Below are positions 1 through 10,759 of a stretch of DNA of 64,000 nucleotides, one piece after another (positions within the stretch are counted from its first letter, which is position 1; each line of letters opens with the position of its first letter). The notes under the pieces are model-generated. The model was not told where the DNA came from, searched no databases, and saw only the letters and a list, made by a program, of their open reading frames with translations. Source of the DNA: Cyanidioschyzon merolae (lineage: Eukaryota); NCBI GenBank assembly GCA_000091205.1, contig AP006499.2. One strand, written 5' to 3'. A program made the position numbers and the translations under genes.

Positions 1-1856
1 AAAGCGTAGAGGCCCTTCAACTAGTCCGAAATGTTCTGAACCAGGAAGCGAAGGGTGGAACGGGAACAACGCCCCCAGAGTGCGCTTCATGAAGCCCTCG
101 AGATTGTACGCGCATGTTGTTCGAACCTGGTTTGATGCTTTTCGGCACCCGACCTGTGTGTGTTTCGATCCCCGGGGTGGCACGGCTACTTATCAAGGTA
201 TGCTAGGATGCGTGTGTGGAACTCCCTCTGATCTCAGGATCAGGTCGTATAGCATCCTCTGTCAAAAGCATGAGCTATGTTGCCGCACGTAGTTTTCATC
301 GAAAACTTCTAGAGGAATACGGGCAATAGGCAGCCTTGTGTCCGCAAGTCTCTCGAGAAGTCGCCTGAGGATGTGCGTTGAGGCGAGACTTCCGTGAGCA
401 AGAAGCTTCGCGACTCGAAATGGTGCCCTACATACCACGTTTACGACGATACCGGATGTTGATGTGTGTCAGGACGTGGCATCTTTACGATGGTTTCAGA
501 CTAATCTTTTCGCTCCGACAGCTTTCGCTTCGGGTCACTCGTCGCCTAGTTTTGGAGGATCTTTTTCCTACTTGAACGGTTGTTTCTTCTCCTTCCACTT
601 TACGTGGCAGGATGGGATCTACGTGTTCAGGATGATCAACATCCGTTTTTCCACTAGATTAGGATACCCTAGGCGGAAGTTTTGTTCGAAGCTCTCTTCT
701 CTATGTACGCATCTTCTGCTCCTAAAATATCTTCTGGTCCGCTTCTCCGTCGCGAGCATACCCACAAAAGCGAATAGCGCGTTTCTGCTCGCTTCTGCGC
801 ACGAGCAGAGGAGCAACCGAGCAGTTCACGACTGGTGGAGGTACCAGAGAATTACTTGCCGAAGAACTTCGGTGACACGGATGCGGACCACACGCCGATC
901 GATCCGTGTGTGTAAAAATGCCGTTCGATAACAGAGGAAACGCCTGCCATATGGTTGAACCAGGGAGCATTCGCTAGCACGAGGATCCACTCAACCCGTC
1001 TCGGCTGCGTTCTACTTGACTATTTTCGTGCGATGCAAAGCGACGCCGTCTTCGGGCAAGACAAAAGAATGTGGGCAGAAGACGTCACGAACGGTGGTTT
1101 GACGGAGAACTCGTTTTTAAACAATCCGTTCCGTTTAACGGTTTGATGGCGAACATCCGAGTGAATCGCCACTGGTGCCCAGGTTTTCTTCCTGCTCGTT
1201 AGTCTCCTCATTACAAGCAGCGGCTTCCCCGTCTTTGGATACCTGTGCACAAATCTACCATTTCATCCGGATGGTGCCTCGTCGAGTGAGACGAACAGTC
1301 ATACCTCCTGTACAAGGCATTCGCATTCCAGTACCAAGTCGATCGTGTGCTTTTCGACGTGGAGCGATCTCCCATACGAGCATACCGACTGCTTTGTCCA
1401 TCCGTGTCTCTTCATCAGCGTGCGTATCAATCGCAAGTAGACTTTACGTCCAGTGGCTTCTTTCCTAGTGTTTCTCAGGGAACGCATGGCGCATTATGGA
1501 TTGACGAGGCGACAGTCGTGTCAACCGAGTTTGATAAGTTCCGTCTCGAATGCACGACGTTCAGGGTATCGGCTACGAGGCGAGTGATTCATCCACTTGC
1601 TGGCCGTAGAATCACTGACTTGTACAAGTAAAGACGTTTTCGGACGCTATCAGTGACAGCAACAGCTCTTTCCGCGACCCCTATTCCAATCTACAGCATA
1701 CATTCCTTTAAGTGAATACCTGCAGGAAACCAAACCGAAGCAAAAACGGAGCGCTTGTACAGGCGTCTCAGAATTCACTGGTCTGCCTACAACTCCATTC
1801 TCAACGAATACCAGAGAAACGTGGGATCCGCGCATGCATCCGCCCACTCGATCAAC

Positions 1857-2849
1857 TTAGGATTCGGGTTCGATGAGGCCCACGCCCCCATGCCTCCGGC
1901 GATAGACGACATTGACTTCGCCGGTGTCGGCATTGCGGAAAACGTAAAAATCATGATCGATGTAATCCAAGCAAAGTACCGCTTCCTCGACTGTCTGCAG
2001 CGGCATAGGGAAGCGCTTCTTCCGCACGACTTCGCGGCTCGGCTCGATACCCATCTCTTCCAGTTCAGACTCTACCTCTCGGCGATGCTTGCTACCTTCG
2101 TAGGGCGCTCCGTCATCCACCGGAACAGGGCTCGTTGCCGGCACGGAAGCCAACCCGTCCATGGACTCCACAGGTGCGCTCGGAGAGGATGCTCGGGTCC
2201 GTCGGTCTTCCAAAAGCGCAACTTCGACCAGATCTGCAGTGGGACTGTGCTCATGCAATCGCTCCTTGTATTTTCGGAGCGTGCGCTTCAGTTTATCTGC
2301 TGTCAGATCTATCGCAGCATACATATTCTCCATTTTTACAGACGCACGAAGCACTCGCCCACGCGCATACGCCGTCACTTCGCAGTCGTGCGCGTTCTTG
2401 ATGCGCGGGTTATGCGCCACAGACAGGTGCACTTCGACTCGGGTCACCAGTCCTGGAAACTTTTCCACTACGTGCCCGATTTTGTCCAGAACATGTTCAC
2501 GGAGCGCCGAAGTCAAGTCAATATTATCGCCGGTGACCGTGATGGGTGTGGTTGTTGGCGCACTCATGCGCAAACACCTCGGCGAGGCGACTCGGACGCG
2601 ACTGTTGCCGAGTCTGGTTACCGGGCTTAGCGCAGGTACCTGCTGCACGCTGCTACCGTGGCGGCCACCTGACACACCACAACTACGCGTACGCAGTTTC
2701 AAGAACCATTGCGTTCTGTTGGAGAAGAGCACGCTGCTGATGAAAACCATGCTGTTTGGCGCTCTTTGGACACAAGGCCGAGTATTCGCGCGGCGTCTAC
2801 CGCGAGAGATACTTTCGCGACGGCAGATCATCGACGACGCCGGCCGCAA
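1857..2849 (-). CDS. hpf: Long-form ribosome hibernation promoting factor (bacterial HPF / plastid PSRP1-like) with an N-terminal extension of about 100 aa
   Basis: The N-domain 'ITVTGDNIDLTSALREHVLDKIGHVVEKF...MYAAIDLTADKLKRTLRKYKERL' matches the RaiA/HPF fold. The C-domain 'MPLQTVEEAVLCLDYIDHDFYVFRNADTGEVNVVYRRRHGGVGLIE' matches the long-HPF dimerisation domain. The N-terminal Ser/Arg-rich leader looks like a targeting peptide. The true start could instead be the internal Met at 'MSAPTTTPITV'. Confidence 0.85.
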   Translation of the reverse strand: MRPASSMICRRESISRGRRRANTRPCVQRAPNSMVFISSVLFSNRTQWFLKLRTRSCGVSGGRHGSSVQQVPALSPVTRLGNSRVRVASPRCLRMSAPTTTPITVTGDNIDLTSALREHVLDKIGHVVEKFPGLVTRVEVHLSVAHNPRIKNAHDCEVTAYARGRVLRASVKMENMYAAIDLTADKLKRTLRKYKERLHEHSPTADLVEVALLEDRRTRASSPSAPVESMDGLASVPATSPVPVDDGAPYEGSKHRREVESELEEMGIEPSREVVRKKRFPMPLQTVEEAVLCLDYIDHDFYVFRNADTGEVNVVYRRRHGGVGLIEPES

Positions 2850-3841
2850 CGTCGCAACGCACCTGGACTGGGTGCCGGCGCTCGCACCAGCACCGATTGC
2901 GCGCCATCCTACATGCGGATGTCGATATTGCTGGTACCGTATTGACCGGTGTGCTGGATCGACTGGGCGTTTCTATTGACCAGGAATCCCCGCAACTGCG
3001 CAATGCTTATCGAAATGCGGGAAAGCGTCCGTTATTCCAGGCCCTGGCCCTATGTTCGACGAGCGGCTAGCCATGCTTCCCTTCACAGTAGCTGCTCAAT
3101 GCATACGCTAGCATCGAGCGGAGGATCCTGATCGGACGTTCCCGGATTTGCAGACACAGTGAACGTTCAGCGTACAGAGTTTTGAATGTGCAGGGGAACG
3201 TTCACGTTGCATAGCATTCAGAGCAGTGCGTATGAATCCCCTTCTTTTTTGAGGTTCAAAAGCGGTGAATCTAGCCGGAGTACCTCGTACGCGCCGATGT
3301 ATCTAGACGCTCCCGGCAAAAAAGACGACCATATCCCTCCAGACGCTTTTGCATTCCACCGGCTCAAAAGCAGTCTTCCCTGTCGCGCGCCGTGGCACGA
3401 TCGAGTTGTCGACCCCGCAAGTACCAAGCTCTTTGCGGATGCTCCTCGGAGACTGGGGGCAACCCCTTTGGCCAGACCTAGCGGGATATCAGGCTCGGAG
3501 GTTGCCGCGTGCGACGTGCCAGCAAGCCGAGCTTTACCACAAGCGCAAAAGCATCCATAGGAATTTGCTTCGATGTATCGATGCCACATCGTACGCGTGA
3601 GGAGCTCGCGTCGGCCGTCGCCTCTGTATCGACCGTTTCGATCACGCGCGCACGCAGCGCGCGCCATATGGCCGTCTGCCGCTGCAGTGCACGCATCGGC
3701 CGTTCTGGGATGCGTGCTGTGTTGCGTGCACGCACTGCACGCATGCGCTGAGATGCTGTCCAGTCGTACAGCGCTATAAACAGCGTTGATGTTGCTGCAA
3801 GTTGGTGCAATTTGGTCTATCGTGGAAGATAAGAGAGAGTT

Positions 3842-6811
3842 GTGATGAGCACGGCTTGGACGCCACGAAGATCCCGTCGCTCAGGAGATCGTTTCATTCC
3901 CGTACGGGAACGTGACTCAGCGCTCGGACTTGACAGCACGCAACTGCGCTTTCAACTGCAGGTTGCAACAGAGCTTAGTTTTCAAGGTAGGAACACTCCA
4001 TCTCGAGACATTGCTGCTGAAAGTGAGAATAACGCCTCAGATGTGGGACAAGTGACCGAGTCCAGTCCGTCTCGGAGGCTACGAGACACGTCGCCGATGC
4101 ACCAGCGTCGGCTCTTGATGGCAGCTAGGGCACGCCACGTTGAGGGGAGCGAGGCGCTTGCGACTTTCGTTCCTGGCCACCAGATAGAGTCGGAACTAAG
4201 CCTGGCGCAGGCAGCCGAGCGGTATATTGAGAACGCACGGCGGGATTGGTCTGATATCTTCGGGGCTAGTCCAAGCGCTCCGGCACTACTGGTGTCAGGG
4301 TCAGAACGCGCTGGACAGCGCTCGCTGCAGTTAGAAACATCGCCTGATGCGGATGAGGGCACACTGACTTACCAAAGTCGCCTGGGTCGGAGCGTGAACG
4401 AGCCACCAGTGGAATCGTCTCGAGAGTCCGGCACGAGTCCGAATCGGGGTCTAGCGGCCGCAGAGCGCGCTGGAGTGCGAGCTGAGCTCGAGACCCTGCT
4501 TGCAACACTCTCTGTTGGCAGAGCGTCCGATGCACGTAATGGAGCATATGATGGGAGCGAGCGTCCAGCACGAACATCGCGGGCAGAGCAGCCCCCGGCA
4601 CGTCGTCAGAGCCGGCGTGAACGAGAGCTCGCGGATCTCCTGGAGCGCATGGACCGCGAGCAACGCGATGCAAACCACAGCGTCTCGTCGTCGTCCCGCA
4701 GTTCCACTGTAGAGCAAATCCGTGCTCTGCTACAGGCAGCAGCAGAGCTCGGTGATGCCGCTGATGACGTGGCGGTAGTTGATCTGGCAATGGAGCTTTT
4801 CGCGGACCCACGAGCGCTCTACTCAATGGAAACGCTTAGGGGAAGCGTTCAACACTTGGCAGGAACGCTCATGCGGGGTACATTGGCAAGCCCCGGAGGC
4901 ACCGGCATCTCGAGTCTCGCGCCTGGGATGCTTGCCACGGATGTGGGCAGCCGAGTCACAGAGCTTCAGGGCGTCATCACTTGGTCAGAGGGCGGTACCG
5001 TGACGCGTCCAGGCGCAGCAAACGCCAACGCGGTTCTGGCCCTGAGCGCTCATTTACCGCCGCATGCGCAACATGCTACGATCGAGTCAGCTACACGATC
5101 TGCGAACGAAGCTGCATACCTCACCCAGACCAGCGGAACCGGAGGTGCTGCACCGAATACTTCCACACCGGGGATTTCGCCGAGTACGACCGGGCGATTC
5201 GTTGTATCAGCGCCTGGTGGGCCATCCACGTACGCGATCATCCTGGAGAACGAATTGCTGCACGAGGTGAATACGACGCGCACTGAGCTCGCTACCGATA
5301 TGGATGCACTCGTTGCGGAGAATGAGAGTACATCGCCAACGGAACCACCACCGAGCGGCCGTCGTCCAGAACCCGGCTTTGGACTGGCCACGCCGCCCCG
5401 GCACTCGAATCCGACCCGAGCAACAAGAAACTCGCCAGTGGCCGCCTCGCCGGGAGCCAGCCACGTCTCGAGCTCGTCCGCGACACCAGTGGTCGCTCGT
5501 CGCAGCTTGCTGGAATTCTCTCGTCAGGATACCAGTGTGCATGAATCGAGCCCGTCGCCGCGTCATCGCCAGTACTCAGAGAATAACGGCTCACCGATTC
5601 GTCTCGATGCTTTGCGAACATCGCCTGTGCTTGCAGCGGATCCAACCATTGCTCGTCAACTTGGGCTTGGCCTGAGACGGAAACAGCGGAAAATAAGCAG
5701 AGTCCCCTTTAAGGTATTGGATGCTCCAAATCTCGCGGATGATTTCTACCTCAATCTGCTCGACTGGTCGGCCCGGAATATCCTCGCTGTTGGGTTGGGC
5801 AATTCCGTCTATCTATGGAACGCCTATAATTCCAAAGTATCCAAGCTGTGCGAGCTGGATACCCCGCCCCAAGGTGTCTGCTCCGTGTCGTGGGCACCGT
5901 CCGGTGACCTTATTGCTGTTGGGCTAGCCTCCGGGGTGGTCCATCTGTACGATCCGACACGCCAGGAGGCAGCCCAGATGCTAACCGGACACACGGCACG
6001 CGTCGGGTGTCTCGCCTGGAACGGGCCGCTGCTCGCAAGTGGCTCACGCGATCGCACGATCATGGAGCACGATGTTCGTGCGGGCAGAGAGCCAGTGCGA
6101 ACACTTGAAGCGCATCGCCAAGAAGTTTGCGGCCTGCGTTGGAGTTTCGACCAAACCCAACTCGCGAGCGGAGGCAACGATAACAAACTCTTCATCTGGA
6201 CACCGCAAGCGCGACGCCCGCTCTTTAGATTTGAAGAGCATGAAGCGGCAGTGAAGGCGGTGGCTTGGTCCCCGCACCAGCACTGTTTGTTGGCTAGCGG
6301 CGGCGGCACTGCGGATCGATGTATCCGTCTGTGGAACACAACCACCGGCTCCTTGCTCCAGTGCGTGGACACCGGATCCCAGGTTTGCAACCTGCTCTGG
6401 AGCCGCGCCGTCAACGAGCTCGTAAGTACCCATGGCTATTCCCAGAATCAGATTGTGCTTTGGCGATACCCGAGCATGCAAAAGGTGGTCACACTCACCG
6501 GACATTTGCTGCGTGTGCTGTACTTGGCTGCCAGCCCCGACGGTTCCGTTATAGTAACCGGTGCGGGCGATGAAACCTTGCGCTTTTGGAACGTTTTCCC
6601 GCCGCCACGAAGCGCTGCTCGCATGTCGCAACAACGAGCGGCCTCATCGTTGTCACCGTCGCGTCTGGGCGGGACGCGATCGCTGTACGCAGCGGCGTTG
6701 GCGGACCTCACGACGCTGCCGTCTGCGTACGCACCAACACCCAGTCAAGCGTCACCGATGCATGATCTCTGGAATACCAGCGCGATGATTCCGAGTTCAT
6801 TCATTCGTTGA
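3842..6811 (+). CDS. Cdc20/Cdh1 (Fizzy)-family APC/C co-activator with a ~600-aa low-complexity N-terminal extension
   Basis: There is a C-box 'DRFIPVR' at residues 16-22. There are seven WD40-like repeats from 'FKVLDAPNLADDFYLNLLDWS' onward. The C-terminus ends in a canonical IR tail, '...IPSSFIR*'. Residues 30-600 are Ser/Ala/Arg-rich low complexity. Confidence 0.8.
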   Translation: MMSTAWTPRRSRRSGDRFIPVRERDSALGLDSTQLRFQLQVATELSFQGRNTPSRDIAAESENNASDVGQVTESSPSRRLRDTSPMHQRRLLMAARARHVEGSEALATFVPGHQIESELSLAQAAERYIENARRDWSDIFGASPSAPALLVSGSERAGQRSLQLETSPDADEGTLTYQSRLGRSVNEPPVESSRESGTSPNRGLAAAERAGVRAELETLLATLSVGRASDARNGAYDGSERPARTSRAEQPPARRQSRRERELADLLERMDREQRDANHSVSSSSRSSTVEQIRALLQAAAELGDAADDVAVVDLAMELFADPRALYSMETLRGSVQHLAGTLMRGTLASPGGTGISSLAPGMLATDVGSRVTELQGVITWSEGGTVTRPGAANANAVLALSAHLPPHAQHATIESATRSANEAAYLTQTSGTGGAAPNTSTPGISPSTTGRFVVSAPGGPSTYAIILENELLHEVNTTRTELATDMDALVAENESTSPTEPPPSGRRPEPGFGLATPPRHSNPTRATRNSPVAASPGASHVSSSSATPVVARRSLLEFSRQDTSVHESSPSPRHRQYSENNGSPIRLDALRTSPVLAADPTIARQLGLGLRRKQRKISRVPFKVLDAPNLADDFYLNLLDWSARNILAVGLGNSVYLWNAYNSKVSKLCELDTPPQGVCSVSWAPSGDLIAVGLASGVVHLYDPTRQEAAQMLTGHTARVGCLAWNGPLLASGSRDRTIMEHDVRAGREPVRTLEAHRQEVCGLRWSFDQTQLASGGNDNKLFIWTPQARRPLFRFEEHEAAVKAVAWSPHQHCLLASGGGTADRCIRLWNTTTGSLLQCVDTGSQVCNLLWSRAVNELVSTHGYSQNQIVLWRYPSMQKVVTLTGHLLRVLYLAASPDGSVIVTGAGDETLRFWNVFPPPRSAARMSQQRAASSLSPSRLGGTRSLYAAALADLTTLPSAYAPTPSQASPMHDLWNTSAMIPSSFIR

Positions 6812-7178
6812 CTTGTGGATGCACCAACATCCAATCACGCGTCACCGATGCATGATCTCTGGAATACCAGCGCGATGATTCCGAGTTCATTCATTCGTTG
6901 ACTTGTGGATGCACCAACATCCAATCACGCGTCATCGATGCATGATCTCTGGAATACCAGCGCGATGATTCCGAGTTCATTCATTCGTTGACTTGTGGAT
7001 GCACCAACATCCAATCAAGCGTCATCGATGCATGATCTCTGGAATACCAGCGCGATGATTCCGAGTTCATTCATTCGTTGACTTGTGGATGCACCAACAC
7101 CCAGTCAAGCGTCATCGATGCATGATCTCTGGAATACCAGTGCGATGATTCCGAGTTCATTCATTCGTTGACTTGCGC
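6729..7178. repeat. 90-bp tandem repeat, 5 near-identical units, beginning inside the last 30 codons of the Cdc20-like CDS
   Basis: The unit 'gcaccaaca(c/t)cca(g/a)tca(a/c)gcgtca(c/t)cgatgcatgatctctggaataccagcgcgatgattccgagttcattcattcgttgacttgtggat' repeats at about 6729, 6819, 6909, 6999 and 7089. Each unit encodes '...SPMHDLWNTSAMIPSSFIR' plus a TGA stop. Confidence 0.9.
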
Positions 7179-8150
7179 AACACGTTCCGTGCATCGAGTC
7201 TGATGGCCTTGGTGAGCGATGCAAACGTTACAGGGCGCGGTTAGCATGCTTCTGAGCGTGCGTTCGTTCTGGACCGCAGTTCACTCCCTTGTGTTGGTCA
7301 AGGCCTTGCACGCTTTCCACTGCATCATAGCCCTGCTGCTATCAATATCGTTGCTTGGAACACACCCGTACTGATGTCCGTACTAATTCCCAGGCCGTAG
7401 GTAGCGCAGCGTCTGGAATGCTGGTTGGCAATGTGCATGCATTGTCGATGTTAGCGGGAACTCGTTTCGTTTCCAGTACACGATCAATAGATCAAACTGG
7501 AATTCCCGTGGAGCGTGATTGCATCGGGAACCAGGCTCCAGAGACTCGTGCTTTCTTCAATGATTGACGATCGAAGCGCCGAACCAGAATTCCTCGGTGC
7601 GCGATTGCGTCAGGAACATATAACCGATTTGCGCTAGCGTGGCGCCCTGCACGCAGCGCTCCACTAGGATCTGCAGCGCTCAGAGACTCGGTATCATGTG
7701 AGGAATGCATCCACGGCTGCTAGAACGCTCTGCGGTGCGAGCGGCGCTTGGCCGGCTGCGGCTACGACCTTTGGTGCCAACGCGCTGCCTCGTGTGTATG
7801 CCGGCGCTGCGCTTGAATTGCATCGATACTGTCGTTCTGGTTATGCGTCTTTGAGATGGATAAACCAGCGACCGTACGCTGTGTGACGCCTTGTGCATGA
7901 CCCTGGTGGAAGGATTTCGGATGCGCACCACGAAATAGTATGGAAAGTGTCATTCTGGCTATGCGCCCGTGATATATATGATCTAGCGCTCGTTTGCTGC
8001 ATCATACTCTTTACAAGACGTTGGTGGGCGGATTTTGACTGCACGCCGCTGCAGGGATTTTTCGCAGTCTTGGAGGCGCGCGAGCAGTCGCCTTGCCAGC
8101 AGTGCACACTGCCTGGTGCACATACGAGGGTTTTCTTGGGCGCCATGGGG

Positions 8151-10364
8151 TCACGTCACGTCCGCCAGAACCTGCAACAGTCGATCGAGGCGCACCAGGT
8201 TCTCCTCTGATTCGCCGGTATCTTTGCCCGTGAGGGTAGTCTCTCTGGCCATTTCCAACAACATGAGCGTCTTTTTCACTCCGAGGCGTTTTCCCGAGAG
8301 CGCTTCAATAGCCTTGTTGCGCTCTTTCTCGGAAGCGAATGCGAACCCAGAACCGCGCACCACACTTGCGACTTCCTCTGGTAACAGCCAGCTCGTCTGG
8401 AGACTAGCCTGAAAAGCCGACCGCAGCTCTAGCACATCAAGTACCTCGCTATTGCTCGTGGTGGCCACCACAAACAAACGTCGATTCGCAGGCGGGACTC
8501 GTTTCACCAGAACCAGCAACGACTGCACAACAAGGTTACTGAATCGCGGCCCGATGGGTGCATACTCCACGAGCCGCTCAATGTTATCGAGAACGATGAT
8601 GCTCAGCGACGAGCGATACGCATCCTCGAACGTTCTCGCAATCGCTGCAACCTTGGCCGGCTCACTGAACCCGACAAACTGTTCCGGCGCAATGAGGCGA
8701 ATAAAGGGAAAGTCGGATTCGATGGCTAGCTTGGCCGCCAAAGCGGTCTTGCCCGTGCCAGGTGCACCTTCAATGAGCAGCGTCATGAGAGGCGAGCGCT
8801 CCGCTTGTCGTACCTGATCACGAAAGAGGCGGCCGCTCTGCAAGAGGCGCTCCAATCGCGCCCCGTAATCAATAAAGCCTCCGACGAGACATCGTTGGAG
8901 CTCGTCCATGCTCACACCAAACGCAGGTCGTACTTCTTCCAGCGCTCGACGAAAGTCGTCCATACCGACGTAGACCGCATCGGGGTCTACGGGTTTCGTG
9001 ATCTGGTTCAGGTCAATGTGGCGATACAAAGCGTAGGCGGCTGCCGAGCGGCAGAGACCTTCGAGTTCTGCCCCGGAGTAGTTCCGGGTTTTCGCAGCGA
9101 GCTCCTCCAGTGATACGTCGTCGAGAAGCATTTTGTTTGCCCGCATTTTCGCAGTGTGAATTTGAAGGATCTGGAGGCGGCCCTGCTCGTCCGGTAAACC
9201 GATTTCGATATGTACTTCAAGTCGACCTGGGCGCAGTAACGCCTCATCAATCAGGTCTTTCCGATTCGTCATCCCTATGATCAAAATATTATTCAGTGCG
9301 TTCACACCATCGATCTTGCTCAAAAGCTGGTTCACGACGGTATCGTGGACGCCGGTCCCATCACGTTGGCTACCACGTTGTTTGCAGATTGCGTCAATCT
9401 CATCGAAGATGAGGATGTGCAGTTCGCTCTGATCACCATGGGCGAGGTAGTCGGCTTCGGCTTCTTTGAAGAGGTTGCGAATGTTCTCTTCGCTCTGTCC
9501 AACGTATTTATTGAGGATCTCGGGCCCGTTGACCACTTTGGGCTCCTTCCCGTTCAACATTTTGCCGATCTGTCGAGCGATCAGCGTTTTTCCGGTGCCT
9601 GGCGGACCGTGCAGCAGCATGCCACGCACGTGGCCAATACCGAGCTTCTGGATCACTGCTGGCGGGAAGACTCGGGACGCGAACGCCCGACGGAAGATGT
9701 CGGAAAACTCCTTGTCCAAACCGCCAATGCCCATGCGTTCAAAGTTAAAGTCTGCACGAAAGAGTTCGCGAGGCCGATTCTCGCTGCCACGAATACGTAC
9801 GTTCGCATCGCGAGCTCGCACGAAAAGGAAGCTGGTCTCTGCGCCGAGCATCGCCAACAGCGGCGAAACTGGCGTCGGTCGCCCGCCGTCTGGCGCGGCG
9901 GCCATCCCGTCCAGCCGGGCAGCAACTAGAAGCAACAGCGTGCCGTAGTAATCAAGCACCACTGACTGTCCTACGCTGATGACGAACGGCACCAGGCGTT
10001 TGCGTGCGAGTGCTTCGAGCTCGTCAGTGGACAACTCGGGAGCTGCCAGTGAACGTCGCTTCACCACAGTATCGATCTCAAAAGTCGCGGAAACGGCGTG
10101 ATGTGTGTCCTTGGTCAACGTGTAGGTGCGCACGGGCACCGCGTCGCCGAGGGCAAGCTGCAGCTCACGTCGCTGAACCGCGTTCAGACCAACGGTACCG
10201 CGCTCGACCGCAGCGTCCGCAGCGGTCGGGTACGCCCATTCCGTACCGAGAGTTACGAATGTAGCTTGCCTCAACTGTGCCAAGTCCTGGGGATGAAGGA
10301 AAACTCGGTTCGTTTTTGCCTGCTCTTGGCCGGGGCAGGCCGCGACGCGAAGCGTCAACGCCAT
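8151..10364 (-). CDS. NSF: N-ethylmaleimide-sensitive factor (vesicle-fusing AAA ATPase, NSF/Sec18)
   Basis: There is an NSF-N domain followed by two AAA cassettes. D1 contains 'GMLLHGPPGTGKTLIARQIGKMLNGKEPKVVNGPEILNKYVGQSEENIR...IFDEIDAICKQRG...GMTNRKDLIDEALLRPGRLEV', which is near-identical to metazoan and fungal NSF. D2 contains 'LIEGAPGTGKTALAAKLA'. Confidence 0.95.
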   Translation of the reverse strand: MALTLRVAACPGQEQAKTNRVFLHPQDLAQLRQATFVTLGTEWAYPTAADAAVERGTVGLNAVQRRELQLALGDAVPVRTYTLTKDTHHAVSATFEIDTVVKRRSLAAPELSTDELEALARKRLVPFVISVGQSVVLDYYGTLLLLVAARLDGMAAAPDGGRPTPVSPLLAMLGAETSFLFVRARDANVRIRGSENRPRELFRADFNFERMGIGGLDKEFSDIFRRAFASRVFPPAVIQKLGIGHVRGMLLHGPPGTGKTLIARQIGKMLNGKEPKVVNGPEILNKYVGQSEENIRNLFKEAEADYLAHGDQSELHILIFDEIDAICKQRGSQRDGTGVHDTVVNQLLSKIDGVNALNNILIIGMTNRKDLIDEALLRPGRLEVHIEIGLPDEQGRLQILQIHTAKMRANKMLLDDVSLEELAAKTRNYSGAELEGLCRSAAAYALYRHIDLNQITKPVDPDAVYVGMDDFRRALEEVRPAFGVSMDELQRCLVGGFIDYGARLERLLQSGRLFRDQVRQAERSPLMTLLIEGAPGTGKTALAAKLAIESDFPFIRLIAPEQFVGFSEPAKVAAIARTFEDAYRSSLSIIVLDNIERLVEYAPIGPRFSNLVVQSLLVLVKRVPPANRRLFVVATTSNSEVLDVLELRSAFQASLQTSWLLPEEVASVVRGSGFAFASEKERNKAIEALSGKRLGVKKTLMLLEMARETTLTGKDTGESEENLVRLDRLLQVLADVT

Positions 10365-10759
10365 AGCGCTACGTAGCGCTCAGTGGTGCGGTTGTTCCGC
10401 GTCCGTTTGCGAGTGCCGGTGGTTCCGACGCAACTGGTTAGTGAACGAACCTGCTCGAAAACTACCTCGATCAGTTAGCTTGATGAAGATGCGCACGACG
10501 GACGTCGCCCTCCACGAGTTGCGGTGCTGCTCGCGAGTGCGCAGAACGCGAAACGGTACGCGTAGCACGAAACGGCATGCGCGCTGTTGCTGCACTGCTT
10601 TTGTGAAAGACTGTACCATTAGGGTACAATAAGGAATATATTTGAATCAAGCGGACTCGATATTGGAATGACGCGTGTCCAGCGCTGGGATGACCATCGC
10701 CTGTTTTCCCTAACGCTACAATACTTTTGTGTGACAAAAACGTGTACATAGGCCCGCGT

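Noticed and set aside
150-200. tRNA-like T-arm string 'gtttcgatccccggggtgg'
   Set aside because: No acceptor stem, D-arm or anticodon arm can be folded around it, so a tRNA or SINE is not supported.
2161-2979. 272-aa plus-strand ORF (and ORF 1755..2630) overlapping the HPF gene
   Set aside because: They are antisense shadow ORFs in GC-rich DNA. They are low-complexity and Arg/Ser-rich with no motif, whereas the opposite strand encodes a strongly conserved HPF.
6770-6790. 5S-rRNA-like 10-mer 'ggaataccag' inside the 90-bp unit
   Set aside because: Only a short chance match; the flanking sequence bears no resemblance to 5S rRNA.
6729-7178. Possible CRISPR array, considered for both the 90-bp and the 73-bp tandem repeats
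   Set aside because: Units are contiguous with no unique spacers, there are no cas genes, and the context is eukaryotic. They are minisatellites.
9345-9929. 194- and 160-aa ORFs inside the NSF locus on the plus strand
   Set aside because: They are antisense to a near-perfectly conserved NSF D1 domain and are composition-driven.
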